A stretch of DNA of 64,000 nt from a virus: IMG/VR virus record IMGVR_UViG_3300037245_001320, positions 90,019 to 154,018 of that record; one strand, written 5' to 3'. The notes below the pieces were generated by a model that made no database searches, was not told the origin of the DNA, and saw only the letters and a list, made by a program, of their open reading frames with translations. Each line of letters opens with the position of its first letter. Position 1 is the first letter of the stretch. Position numbers and translations under genes: made by a program. Shown one piece after another: positions 40,747 to 52,342 of the stretch.

Positions 40747-41503
40747 TTTATCTCTCCTTTCTTTATGTTTCCATACTATAGACTTTAGGAAGTTGTGTCA
40801 ACCATTATACCAAAATAATTCATAAATTAACTGAGTCTTTAGCTCAGGAGCTTTAAAAGAATCATTCATGTATTTAGTGATATCTGCTAATATCTCTATT
40901 GCTTCATAATCTTGTAAGTTCAATTCGTTCACATCATCTAATTCATTTGAATCTAAAATACTCTCAATATATTTACCATGTTTCAAATAGTCTGTGGATT
41001 GATAGTCATAAAATGATTTAATTATTGTGTGTGCCTTTTTCTGTTCTAGTGTTTGTTTCATTTATTTCTCCTTTATTTTGCCTCTTCTACTAAACTTAAA
41101 TCGTTAGTGTGCTGATTTACCCATTGCATAAAATCTATGTTAGTAGGGAAGGCTTCATTATTTGAATATATCCAAGGACTATCCCCTTTATTTATGTGTG
41201 GGTGGAATGTGTCTTTAATTCTGTATATGGTTTTGTCGTTTAATATCATAATTCACTCTCCTCATAAAAAAGGAATTGGTTCAAAACCTAATGTAAATAC
41301 ATCTATAGGTAATTCAAAAGAATATTTTGCCCCTATTATACAAATTTCTACTTTAGAGTTAATAGCTGTTCCTGAATTGCCTGCTATTATTTCCATAACC
41401 TCGACTATGTCCCCTGCACTTACTAATCCACTCTTCTTCCTTAATTGGATATCTGTTATACATTTATATTCTCTGTTCATTTTATCTCCTCTTTAATATA
41501 AGT

Positions 41504-41532
41504 ACTATAATCTATTTCTAATTTAAAGTCAA
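41504..41532 (-). promoter_or_regulatory. Early promoter TTGACT-17-TATAGT
   Basis: Consensus boxes. Confidence 0.75.
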
Positions 41533-41535
41533 TAC

Positions 41536-42358
41536 TTACCATGGGAAATTAAATATATTTTGATCTGGACTGTTATTACTATTTTTATCCTCTTCATTTC
41601 CTTCTCTTAATCTTTGAAGTTCCTTATATAAGTGTTCTGCTTCTTTTCCTTTTTCATTAAGCTTTTCCTTAACATCCGATACTCTTCTTTCCTTTTCGGA
41701 CAATGACACATAATCAATAAAATCTTTAGATTCTTCCTCAGTAGAAAACTTGAGTGCTTCTGTTAAATCAATATTTTCTGTAATAGTTTCATAAGTTAAA
41801 TCATCATCTAAAATCTTCACTGTGTTATAGCCCACAAAGATAAGCTCTTTTCTTGTTTTAGGGTGTTGGTAGGAACATCGTTCTCCAAATAGTATTAAAG
41901 GGAGTGGTTCTGTTAAAGATAAACAGTTTACTTGTACCTCTTGGAACTGCAACTTAAAGCTATTTAAAGAAACATTCCACAACATAAGTTTTCCCTGTTT
42001 AAACTCTTTACTGTAGACTCTTACTAAATATAGAGTTCTCTGTTTAGGGGAGAGTACTCTTACTTTACTACTTAGACTAATTTTTTCTTCATAATCTTTT
42101 GTAGCTTCACCAATAGTTACTAATCTTAGTCTCTCCTCTTTAATGTAATCTCTTCGGTTAAAAAGGGATGCATCTAAAACAGCATATCCTCCTGTATATA
42201 AATAAGCACTTATAGGTAAATCATATATTACTTCTCCTGTTGGGCTTATCCAAGGAACAAGATCTATTCTATTTTCCCCCTACTTCTGGTGTCCAGTATT
42301 CTAAAGGTTTTCCATCTTTGTCATTTATCTCTTTTAAATATTTACACTTTGATTTCAT
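41536..42358 (-). pseudogene. Paralog of the gp32-like SSB, interrupted by a +1 frameshift at a G5A4 run
   Basis: KDGKPLEYWTPEVG/ENRIDLVPW..GEVIYD..PKQRTLYLVRVY aligns with 28901..29965. Confidence 0.7.
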
Positions 42359-42382
42359 TTGTTTCTCCTTATCAATATACCT

Positions 42383-42411
42383 AATTTACCATAGATAAGA
42401 ACTTGTGTCAA
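42383..42411 (-). promoter_or_regulatory. Early promoter TTGACA-17-TAAATT with TG extension
   Basis: Similar to 24642-24670. Confidence 0.6.
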
Positions 42412-42433
42412 TAGGAAATATAAAATAATGAAA

Positions 42434-42464
42434 TAAAAAGAGCCTTCCAAACGGAAAGCTCTTT
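42434..42464 (-). terminator. Intrinsic terminator
   Basis: AAAGAGC-TTCC...GGAA-GCTCTTT followed by a U run on the - strand. Confidence 0.75.
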
Positions 42465-42500
42465 ATCTAGTTCTACAGCTATAAGTCTACTGCAAGACTT

Positions 42501-42860
42501 TTACTCTGTTCTAATACCTTCAACTAATACTTTAGCTCTGTCCGTTGCTCCATTTGTTGTTAATACAACACGGTCTACTATGGCATAAGTTAAATCTATC
42601 GTTGCGGCTTCTGATCTAACATCAAGTACTGCAATAATAACAGCATCGGTTAGGTCATTTGTACCATCTGATACTGTAACTGTAGCTAAGGCTACTGCTG
42701 CTGTTGAAATAGCTGTCACACCTGTTACCAGCATCTTGTATGGTAATACAAACGCAATTCCTGAAGTTGCATCTGCTACAATGTCTACTTCCACTGCTAT
42801 TTTCTGCACAGCATTTAGCTTTCCTAATGAATAGCTCTTTAAACTTTCTAACTTTGGCAT
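42501..42860 (-). CDS. Putative virion decoration/structural protein
   Basis: A/V/T-rich beta protein; own CCCACTATG promoter and terminator. Confidence 0.5.
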   Translation of the reverse strand: MPKLESLKSYSLGKLNAVQKIAVEVDIVADATSGIAFVLPYKMLVTGVTAISTAAVALATVTVSDGTNDLTDAVIIAVLDVRSEAATIDLTYAIVDRVVLTTNGATDRAKVLVEGIRTE

Positions 42861-42916
42861 TTCTTTTTCTCCTATGAAAAATTTATTTGCTTGGGAATTT
42901 ATATTCCTCTATATCT

Positions 42917-42993
42917 ATTATACCATAGTGGGAATTTATTTGGGGTTTGGTTTGAATCTTAATAAATTTAACGGTTTTTGCCATGAATAAGTG
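42917..42993 (-). promoter_or_regulatory. CCCACTATG promoter plus upstream 24-bp conserved box
   Basis: 21-mer at 42917-42937; AACGGTTTTTGCCATGAATAAGTG at 42970-42993. Confidence 0.75.
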
Positions 42994-42999
42994 TTTTAT

Positions 43000-45900
43000 T
43001 TACATAGCTATGTAATTTTCTTCGTAATCAGCTAAGTTCATTCTCTTCTCTTCCGGCTTTGATCCCCAGTTACCTTCAACATAGGTATCACAGTCCAATA
43101 CAAAATCAAGTGTAATCCAGTCGAACAGGGGATGGTTGTCTGTTCCTTTAACTAAAGCTAAAGTAATTATCTTATCAACCAATTCCTCCTCCGAAGGTTC
43201 TACTGAAACACAAACACTATCATGTACCTGCCCCACCAACTTAGATTTAAGATTTAATCTTTCAAACTCTTTTTGCACTATGTTCAAACCACATAATAGT
43301 TTCTCAAAGCTTCCGCCCTGGATAGAGTAACTTGAAGCAGTTCGTCTGTTGTGGACTGATCTTAAAACATGTCCCACAGGTGTTTGTAAATAACCTTGTT
43401 TAACAAATAATTTCCAAATATCCTGTTTATACTGGTAGTAGTCTTTGAATCGTACTTGCCAAAATTGGTACTCAGCTTCTTTAACTATTTCTTGGAAACT
43501 ATCTTTGTTGGCTATTCCATGAGCTTGGAAATGAGCACTCAACCAATCCTTCTGCTCAGTTGTAAAACTCATTATAGCTTCCCATATTGATTCAGTAATT
43601 CCTATATAATTGGAACCAAAGAACGCGGGGAAAACAAATAGCTTACCAGCTTGTCTTAATCTTTTCCACATACCTTCTGGTGCTTCTGTTAAAACACCAT
43701 CAATAGTATAAGCAGACAGATTATTTCTGTCATCAATCTTAAAAATATCCACGGCTGTATCACCATGTAAATCAGTCGAGCTATCAGAATTATAACGTAA
43801 TAATTCCATATCCCCACTTACAATAGATGCACAATAATTTTCAGCAGCGGAAAAGTCATATTCCTTCCACACTTGTCCTTTAAAAGGACCCATAAACGAT
43901 CTTGCTAATTTGGATAAACGGGGATCGTGCTTAATATTATTCTGAAAATTGTTAGAATTTGAGCTGCTCCTCCATGATAAAGTTAAACCTAATGGGAAAT
44001 TACATTTAACAACTCCATCATCTCCGCTCTCCCTAATATAGCCTACTAAGTAGGTTTGGACAACTTTAGCTAAAGCTTTCTTCTCTAAAATCAACTTACA
44101 CATTGGGGTATTTAACTTTTCTAGTGCTGCTTTATCTGTTGAGTAAGCTCCCGAAGCAGTCTTCTTTCCTGGAGGATGTTTAAGAATATCAAAGAAAAGG
44201 TGAGCCAACTGTTGCCCTGAGTTATAGTTCAGGGGTGTCTTTCCATCTTTGCCTCCATCCCATTGTTTAGCTTCATCACAATTTAAGATCTTACCATGCA
44301 GATCAGCAACCTCTTTGTCCAATTCCTCAATATTAGCTTGTAGCTTAACTTGATCAGTTTGTAAACCATTGTAAGTCATCTTAGCCATGGTAATTGCTCC
44401 TTGAGTACTAAACCTCACAGCATCCAACTCTCTCTTATTCATAAGCATAGGTATTACTTTCTTAACTAATTTTGTAGTGTATATACTATCAAGGCAGTTA
44501 TATTCCAGAATTTCATCTTCTGTTAGTGTACCTTTCTTTACTTCCTTCTCTCTTCTTTTATTCTCCTCTTCTATTTCTTTAGAATCTCCTTCTAAGGGAT
44601 AGAGTAAGCCAGCCTCTAAAAGTTTACCTCTAGCCAAGGCTTCTGGTAATTTATTGATTGTTTGATTACTTTTAAAGTACTTTGTGTCTTTATCAGCATC
44701 TCTCATTTTAAAGAAAGGTTTACACTTATCCCCATAACCAGCGTTTCCGAAGTGAAAATAGGTCTGAATTTTTAAATTCGATGCCATCCCACGGTGGTCC
44801 AGACCATGACATAATAGCTGTGTATCAATGTATATATTGTCCATCCAAACATCCCACTTACCTTTATAGGCTGATATTTCATACTGTACATTGTGTGCTA
44901 CTTTCATAACCTTTGGATCAGCCATGAGTTTAGCAGATGCTTTTACTATGTCTTCATCTTGAGTCATGTATGCTACATTTCTTTTTCCATCGGATAAACT
45001 CATACATAAAATCTCTGCTTCTTTCCTCTGAAACTTTAAAGAACTTGCCTCAACATCGTTAGAAACACATTTAACTGTGTGGAAGTATTTTATAGCATCT
45101 AAGATTTCTTGTTTATCTTTTAAGATCTCAATTAGATCATAAGCATCATCAATAGGAACTGGTTTATTCCAATGCTCCTTAGCTGATTTTAAAGCTTTAA
45201 TGAATCTGTCCCATTTAACCTTGAAATCATCACTTCTTAATACCTTATTATCAACTAAAGATATCTCTCGACTAACTGCCTCATCATAATATCTGGGTAT
45301 CTGTTGTCCTTGTTTTACTTTCTCTCTTCTCCACTCTTTATATCTACCTTGTCTATTCTTTAATTCCCATATGAGATCACGGGGGGAAAAAGACACTATT
45401 AAATTTGCCATAAATTCCTGATCTGGGATCACGTAAGATTCGTAGATATCCCATGAATTCGTGATGGAAAGCTTATGGGAAAGTAAAGTCGAAGTGGCTG
45501 AGTACCCAAATGCTAATATCACATTCACCTTCAACCTCTTAATATCATCATGAAGAATTTGAGCACAAGCTTTTCTAGCTATTCCCGAGCTTTTCTTATC
45601 CAACCCATCTTTATAACCTCTCACCGAATTTATTATGAATACATCCTTGTTAATATCTAATCCAGCTTCTTTCAAAGCACTTTTTAATAATTTAAACTCC
45701 TGCCCTATTATAGGTTTTCCTGACTCTAACCCATTGCTTGTCAACTCGTCACAAACTATTAAGATCCCTTTCTCACCTTTACCCCAAACAGGCATTGAGG
45801 GACTTCCTCCAATCTCAACCCACTTCCACTCTACATGTTCCTTCTGAGTAATCACCTCTTTCCCATTTTCATCAGTTTCTTTAATCTCAGGCAAACACTT

Positions 45901-46074
45901 CTCTTCATCTCTTACTTTAATCTTAGCATGAGAACATCTTCCGCAATCGTTACACCCATAGACCTTCTTCTTATTTGGTGCTTTTAATAGTGCTCTCTTC
46001 CCTTTAACTTGTGTTAAATCTTCAATCATATCCATGGGGGGACTGAAGAAGCCTCCTTTATTTCCTTCTATCAT
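43000..46074 (-). CDS. polA: Family A DNA polymerase with N-terminal UDG-like domain and 3'-5' exonuclease
   Basis: DVEAS, HNVQYE and YNCLD exonuclease motifs; DFSAAE (A), R..GK..VF..FFG (B), VHDS (C); C..C..C plus a UDG-like N-terminus as in SPO1-type polymerases. Confidence 0.9.
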   Translation of the reverse strand: MIEGNKGGFFSPPMDMIEDLTQVKGKRALLKAPNKKKVYGCNDCGRCSHAKIKVRDEEKCLPEIKETDENGKEVITQKEHVEWKWVEIGGSPSMPVWGKGEKGILIVCDELTSNGLESGKPIIGQEFKLLKSALKEAGLDINKDVFIINSVRGYKDGLDKKSSGIARKACAQILHDDIKRLKVNVILAFGYSATSTLLSHKLSITNSWDIYESYVIPDQEFMANLIVSFSPRDLIWELKNRQGRYKEWRREKVKQGQQIPRYYDEAVSREISLVDNKVLRSDDFKVKWDRFIKALKSAKEHWNKPVPIDDAYDLIEILKDKQEILDAIKYFHTVKCVSNDVEASSLKFQRKEAEILCMSLSDGKRNVAYMTQDEDIVKASAKLMADPKVMKVAHNVQYEISAYKGKWDVWMDNIYIDTQLLCHGLDHRGMASNLKIQTYFHFGNAGYGDKCKPFFKMRDADKDTKYFKSNQTINKLPEALARGKLLEAGLLYPLEGDSKEIEEENKRREKEVKKGTLTEDEILEYNCLDSIYTTKLVKKVIPMLMNKRELDAVRFSTQGAITMAKMTYNGLQTDQVKLQANIEELDKEVADLHGKILNCDEAKQWDGGKDGKTPLNYNSGQQLAHLFFDILKHPPGKKTASGAYSTDKAALEKLNTPMCKLILEKKALAKVVQTYLVGYIRESGDDGVVKCNFPLGLTLSWRSSSNSNNFQNNIKHDPRLSKLARSFMGPFKGQVWKEYDFSAAENYCASIVSGDMELLRYNSDSSTDLHGDTAVDIFKIDDRNNLSAYTIDGVLTEAPEGMWKRLRQAGKLFVFPAFFGSNYIGITESIWEAIMSFTTEQKDWLSAHFQAHGIANKDSFQEIVKEAEYQFWQVRFKDYYQYKQDIWKLFVKQGYLQTPVGHVLRSVHNRRTASSYSIQGGSFEKLLCGLNIVQKEFERLNLKSKLVGQVHDSVCVSVEPSEEELVDKIITLALVKGTDNHPLFDWITLDFVLDCDTYVEGNWGSKPEEKRMNLADYEENYIAM

Positions 46075-46867
46075 ATATTATTGCTCCTTTTACTTCTATT
46101 TTCCATCCACCTGTTGTTTTTTGTCTTCCCCCACAACACCTGCAAAGGGTCACTATGTTTAAGTTGTATTTATCAGCAAACTCTGATTGGTTAACAAACT
46201 CTTCTGTATGTCCATTGGACAATCTAGTTGCTATGTAGGTTAGTCCTGTTATGCTTTGCTTCTTATTATATCGGCTCAAGTTTTCTTTTTGGGGTATAAA
46301 CATGCATTTATATTTAGAATATATTTTATTTCCTTTTATTTTTATGTCCTTATCTAATTGCCAAGCATTCTTTAGTTTATTCTCTTTCCATTCTTTATAT
46401 CCTTTTAAATGGAGTATATCATCGCAGAAGTTCTGAAAACAGAGCCAGCTAACATCAACCACCACTTCTTTATAGGTTGGACATCTTTCTATATGGGATT
46501 TTCCGTAACACCTATGCAACATTCGTTCCCATAATTTGTATTCTTTTGTCTTTTCTCCATTTTTTGTAGCTAACCACATTCCTTGCCCTTCATATCCTAC
46601 TTCAGATATTGAGGGTTTATTGGGGTTTTTTACTTTTCCTTGTTTTATGTGGGACATGGATGCTTGAACCTTTGTTCCGTCTCCAAACTGAACTATAAAG
46701 TATTTGTAGGTCTTATTGTCATTAGTCTTTGTGTAATATCTACTCTCTTGGGCGATAACTGTTACATCTCCCCAACTATGTGTTTTGTGGGTACTGCCAT
46801 TACAATACACAGTACTACTATTAAAAGTTCTTACTGGAATATCTTCTCCACCTTTGTATAAAATCAT
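46058..46867 (-). CDS. HNH homing endonuclease, paralog of 11555..12586
   Basis: W..ML.RCY, LDKDI..YS..CMF..N; TYIATRLS.G..EEF..Q. Confidence 0.8.
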   Translation of the reverse strand: MILYKGGEDIPVRTFNSSTVYCNGSTHKTHSWGDVTVIAQESRYYTKTNDNKTYKYFIVQFGDGTKVQASMSHIKQGKVKNPNKPSISEVGYEGQGMWLATKNGEKTKEYKLWERMLHRCYGKSHIERCPTYKEVVVDVSWLCFQNFCDDILHLKGYKEWKENKLKNAWQLDKDIKIKGNKIYSKYKCMFIPQKENLSRYNKKQSITGLTYIATRLSNGHTEEFVNQSEFADKYNLNIVTLCRCCGGRQKTTGGWKIEVKGAIIYDRRK

Positions 46868-47344
46868 TTATTTCTTATCTCCAATAATCCTATCATATAA
46901 CACAACATCAAATAAAGTCTGCCCAGCTTCTAATTTAATTACATTCTCATTGTAAGCTTCTTCTAATTCCAACCCTTTAATAAACATTTCCCAGTTAGCA
47001 CTCATTAAATCTATAAAACCTTTTGGACTTCCTCTATCTATATATCTTTGCATGTATTCTGCTTTTAAAGATATAGCAGGATATACTACTGTAAAGGGTA
47101 GCCCATTACTTTTTAATGCTTCTCTTACCTCTGCATGAGTGCTAACAAACATATAATCAGGACCTTCCCAATCGTTTAAAACTTCTTTAATGTGCTTTAT
47201 ATAATTATTCGGGAAATCAGGGTTTCTAACTCCTTTCTCCTTCCAAGAATAAACACTAGAGTCCGAATCATGACAATAAATATCTGTGTTATTCTTTATA
47301 TATGATTTTCCTACTCCTGGAAATCCTGCTATTATTTTACCCAT
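46868..47344 (-). CDS. Small P-loop NTPase/kinase-like phage protein
   Basis: IIAGFPGVGKS, D.DSS, FP.NY. Confidence 0.7.
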   Translation of the reverse strand: MGKIIAGFPGVGKSYIKNNTDIYCHDSDSSVYSWKEKGVRNPDFPNNYIKHIKEVLNDWEGPDYMFVSTHAEVREALKSNGLPFTVVYPAISLKAEYMQRYIDRGSPKGFIDLMSANWEMFIKGLELEEAYNENVIKLEAGQTLFDVVLYDRIIGDKK

Positions 47345-50300
47345 TTATTTCTCCTCAACATAGTCATATCCCATAACTTCTTTATAAAAAGCCTTTCTTT
47401 CATCATCTCCATACAGTGTCCTTTTCTGTTTTATTAACTCTCTCATACATTCTATAGGGAACTCTTTGTCTGATTTTTCTAAATATGCTTCTATAACTTC
47501 ATCTATTGTTTTATTCATCACTTATCTTAATCTCTTCTTTAATCAAATCAACATCAAACACAATAAAACCTTCATCTACGTCTTCAACTATCTCCCTAGA
47601 ATATCTAATCTCAGTGTCGTCAATCATTTCGTAGAAGTTATTATCTGTATTTAATTCAAACACATGACATTCATTATATCTAACATCTCCTATGTAAATA
47701 GCTCTTTTCATTTAGTTATCTCTCCTTTCCCGAACTAGCTCTAAAAGAGTTCGGTGTTTTAAATTGTTTTGCCCATTCTAAACCAATAAGAGGACAATCT
47801 CTTCCATTACAATTTCCCTCTGTATCACATTCATTATCAGGATGATTACAAAATATCAATTCAGGTGTGTTTTCTTTATATCTTTCTTCTTCATATAGAT
47901 ATTGATCTTCCCATTGACCTATAAGGTATTTACACCCTTTTCCAAAATAATCTTTAGTCATTCTCTCCAATCTCCTCTATCTCAATAGAAACTAACTCTA
48001 TCCATTCAGTTAAGTTTCCTTCATCCAAATCATAATGCCAAATGCAAGTAGCTTGCAAACTCTGTTCCAAATACTTCTTATCATCTAGTAAATCCCACTC
48101 GGAAAGTTCCTCATTCATCAACTTCTCATCTTGTATATAACTAATTAGAGTGGAGTGTATAAAGCCCTCTAAAGAGAAAAGATCAAACTGTAAGTATTCT
48201 CCTGTCTCATAATGGGAGTGTAACCAAAAGTGCATTTTAAATGTATTATCTACTTCTACCATTTTTAATCCTTCTTCTGTGCTTTACATAACTTATCATA
48301 TATACTTGATCTTTGTTCTGTTAATTTTAAAACACGTTCTTGTATAGTGATCATTTCAGACATATTCTTCTCAGTTGATTTCATCATCAACTTTCCTAAC
48401 TTCTTCCAACACTTCATGTATTCCTTACTAACCTTATTAAACTCTTTACATAAACCTTTTAATTCTTTATTGTTTTTCATCTGTTGCTCCTTTACTTGTT
48501 TCTTTTTATGCTTTTCTCTTATCTCTTGATACAGATCCTTATGCCATCTTCCTGCTCTTACTTCCCTTCTGTATTCTTTATTTTCAGCTAAAGACCTTTT
48601 TAAATTAGATATGGCTTCTATATATGAGAACTCTTTCTTGGGTGGTATTGTTATATGCATATGCTACTCCTCTCCAAAAATATTATAATCTTCTCCACTA
48701 CTATCCTCATCTAAGAATCTTAAAACATGTCCTTTATGTTTATGTAAGAACAAGGCTAATTTATCTATATGTTTCTGAGCAGAATAAATATGATCTCTTT
48801 GTCCTATCCATAACTTTTCTTCACATTCATCACATTGAATTTCATAACAAACACTCATCCCTCAACTCCTTTACAATACTTCTCACACTCTATTGTAGGT
48901 TGACATACATCCCCACATCTCCCTAAACTCTTATTTATTAATGTACAAGCATAGAAGGTATCATATTGGTCTCCTACAGCATCTTTACGATAAGGACAAG
49001 CATACCCTATTCTGTTTAATTTTGTACTTAATTGTTTTGCTTCATATGTTGCTTGCTTACATATATCATGTGTAATTAAGTTAACCTCGGAACATAAATC
49101 ACATATTCTATCATCTTTAAAATTTCCTTTACATCTCATATATTCTCCCTAAATCTCAAAGCTTCATGGTTTACACATTCCTTAGGTACATTCTTATTTA
49201 ATCTTAACAAACATTCCATTAGATTCTTCATCTTAGGCATTCTCCATGCTGTATTAGCGTAAGTATGAGGTTTCCTTCCTAGGAGGTGTTTATTATTCTT
49301 GATGTAATTTTGTACATCAGTAAGAAATATACTTGGATTGTGTTCTTGTTTTCGATTCCAATCAAAAGTGTACACCTCTGCATCATCTATATCATCATCT
49401 ATATAATCTTTCCACTCATCCTCTAGATCTGGATAGTATTCATTGAAATTATACTCCCATTTATCATCCTCGTCTTCATCAAATTCCCATTCCTTTTTCT
49501 CTTTTAAAAACTTATTGTAATTTTCAAAGTCATCATATTCTGCAAAATCTAAAAAGCCATATAGTTCAGTATCATAGTAAACTTTAACATCTTGTCCTTC
49601 TCCATGAGGATTCATTTCTTGTTTATAGCTTGATGGTTCCCAAAAATAAGGAAATGCTTGTCCATGGTTATCTTGTGTCTGTAATTCTTTTGATAATGCC
49701 ATTAATATTTCATAATCTTTATCTGATACTTCTATTGTTTTCATCTCTTAATTCCCCAACGTCACTATTATAACTTGATCTAACATGTTAGCTGCTCTAT
49801 CCTCTGCATCTTCTTCTGATAATTCCTCATCCTGATACATCATATCTTCCATCAAATCCTCAAGATCCGTGTATACTTTATTGTTCCATTCTCTATATTC
49901 AGTTATAGAAATATATCTTATCTTCTGAGTATTATATGTGTAGCTATCATCTACTGTGGTAACATCTACCATGAATTTAATATCGTATGTTGGATATCTT
50001 TCTATATAATCTTTTAATTGTTCTTGGTTATTCATTTACTAATACTCCTCATCATTTAATTTAGTTATTACTACTTCTACATTATCTCGTCCATATAATA
50101 ACCCTTCTACAAAAGGGTATGCCATATATTTGTCTCTTCCAAATCCGTAACCTTCTCTAAACTCATCAAACTTCTCATTATCAATAAACACCTCTATTTT
50201 TCTGATATCTCCATCAAACTCTAAATCTGTTATTTTATAATGTTCTTTAATTTCTATATTCATGTCTTCCTCCTAATATAATGCTTCTGATACTTCTTTA

Positions 50301-51914
50301 ATTATGTCTAATGCATCTTCTACCTTAGTTAATTTCCTAACGCTGTTTATATCATCTAATAACCATTTTGCTTTATTAACCCTATCTTCTACCCTATTTA
50401 AATAATCCTCTACCTCATCTAAGAGTACTACATAAAGATTACTATCTAAATCTCCTGCTGGCATTGCTCTTTCTGATATATTATCTGTTCTGCTTAAATT
50501 CATTGCATCTCCTTCTCATAAACCTTCTTCATTAAATTCCATTTAGCTTCTGATTCTCTTTCAACAACATCTTTAACATCAAACCTTTTATGAAATATAG
50601 TAGAAATCGTATATTTGATATCAGGAATACAGTACGATGTATTAAAATGAGCACTTTCGTTCTTACAATATCCTTCAATAGCTTCTTGAATAAAATTACT
50701 AAAATAAACATTGTCCTTATATTCTAAAAACTCCTTCCATTCAATATCAAAATAATCTGGATTCTCAATAGAGTTTCCATTTATATTTACTATTAGTTAA
50801 AGAACAAAGCCAAATCAAACAAGATCTATTTACTTTACCTTCTATGGAATAGATTCCTTGCATTTGATCCTGAAAATACTTTTCTTCAACATTTCTACAA
50901 GCTATTAAAGTATCTATTAAGTCTTCTTTTACTTCTCCACACTTTAAATCTACTGTAGCTGAGTCATATCCAAAAGCACAAACAACTTGAGCTCCACATT
51001 CATATTTAATAGTGTAAGCATGTAATCCAGATTGTGGTTGTTGATCTTCTGGTAGTTGTTTAGCTTTGCATATAGGACATGTTTCCACTTTATCTGTTGT
51101 TATGAATTCTTGTTTCATTTCTATTGTTCCTCTTCCCAATTGTACTCTTCATAAATTACTTCAACCAAGAAACCTTTTAACTCTTGGTATATTTGTAAAT
51201 TATATCTTAGCTCATTTAAATCTTTAAACTCTCCATATTCATAAATACCATGACATCCAGAATGAAAATCCCAATAGTTTCCTCCCATTATGTATTTATC
51301 ATCCAAGTATACTTCAGCCATTTCACAACTTTCGTCCTGCCTTACTCTGATTGTACTAAACTCTTTACTCACTTTAATATTTCTCCTTCTATATATTCCC
51401 AGAAAGTCCCAAAGTTATATTGTAGAATTTCCCATGTGTTCCCATTATAGTTTAAAATAGTGACTCTTCTTTTATACTTAATATTATCTTGGTAATACAC
51501 TTCATCTGTTGTTTTTCTGTCTAAAATCTTACATAATCCTAGTATAACACTTTTATCATAAGCTTTATCTGATTGAAATGGGAAGGCACTTTCGTTAATG
51601 CATTGTAGGTATTCATAATAATACATCCATCTAGTTCCTTCCTCCAATACATTTTCGTCTAAGTTAATTGTAATTCCTATTGGTTGTCCATTCTCATTAA
51701 AAGCATACTCATCATCTTTATATAAAACTTTCAAACCATCAGCAAAGGCTTCTTGAAGAGTTTTGTATTTATATGGGTACCAATATTCTACAGCACCTAA
51801 ATCACCTCCTAACATAAGCTGATCCCAATCTGTTCTATTATTAACAGCAAATATATCTAAGCCTTCCTCAGGATCTTTGTCTTCTCCTATAGTGTGTATA
51901 TTTAATTGTTTCAT
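47345..51914 (-). other. Dense array of small, mostly acidic hypothetical genes
   Basis: About 15 contiguous ORFs with RBSs; the 50500..51139 gene appears frameshifted near 50795. Confidence 0.55.
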
Positions 51915-52342
51915 CTTATCTCCTCTCTTCTTTCCATAATCAACTTCCCTAAATTATTCTTACCCATTTCATCTATAAAACAATAACCCCAGAATGAATC
52001 TCCCCATGTATTACCTTCTTGTATATACTGGTCTTTTGTCTCAATTAACTTCTGTTTTAAAATAGGGTTATCATCTGAGAACTTGTAGTCTATACCTGTT
52101 TTCATGGTGGATATCTTAATAGCTTTCCATCCTTCTCTTAATGGAAATGTGTACCCAAACTGCTTTACTTCATAAGGATTTCTTATCTCTGTTATTTGTT
52201 TCCTAATTTCAATATCTTTGGTTTTCATAGCAACATAAAAGTGTTCATTAGTCCTGTAAGATAATTGTTCATAAACAAACGGTTTCTCAAATGGAGTCAT
52301 GTTACTTAGCCAACTGTATTCATCTTTGAATTCGTGTATCAC
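51911..52342 (-). CDS. NADAR (YbiA-like) protein
   Basis: LSN, EH..A.K, W...K...M...KF, EGN.WGD.FWG...G.N.LG.LIM..R. Confidence 0.88.
   Translation of the reverse strand: MIHEFKDEYSWLSNMTPFEKPFVYEQLSYRTNEHFYVAMKTKDIEIRKQITEIRNPYEVKQFGYTFPLREGWKAIKISTMKTGIDYKFSDDNPILKQKLIETKDQYIQEGNTWGDSFWGYCFIDEMGKNNLGKLIMERREEIR

Noticed and set aside
43000-46074. Intein or intron in polA (also considered for dnaB and the other helicases)
   Set aside because: Motifs are collinear; no C..HN intein ends or long insertions are evident.
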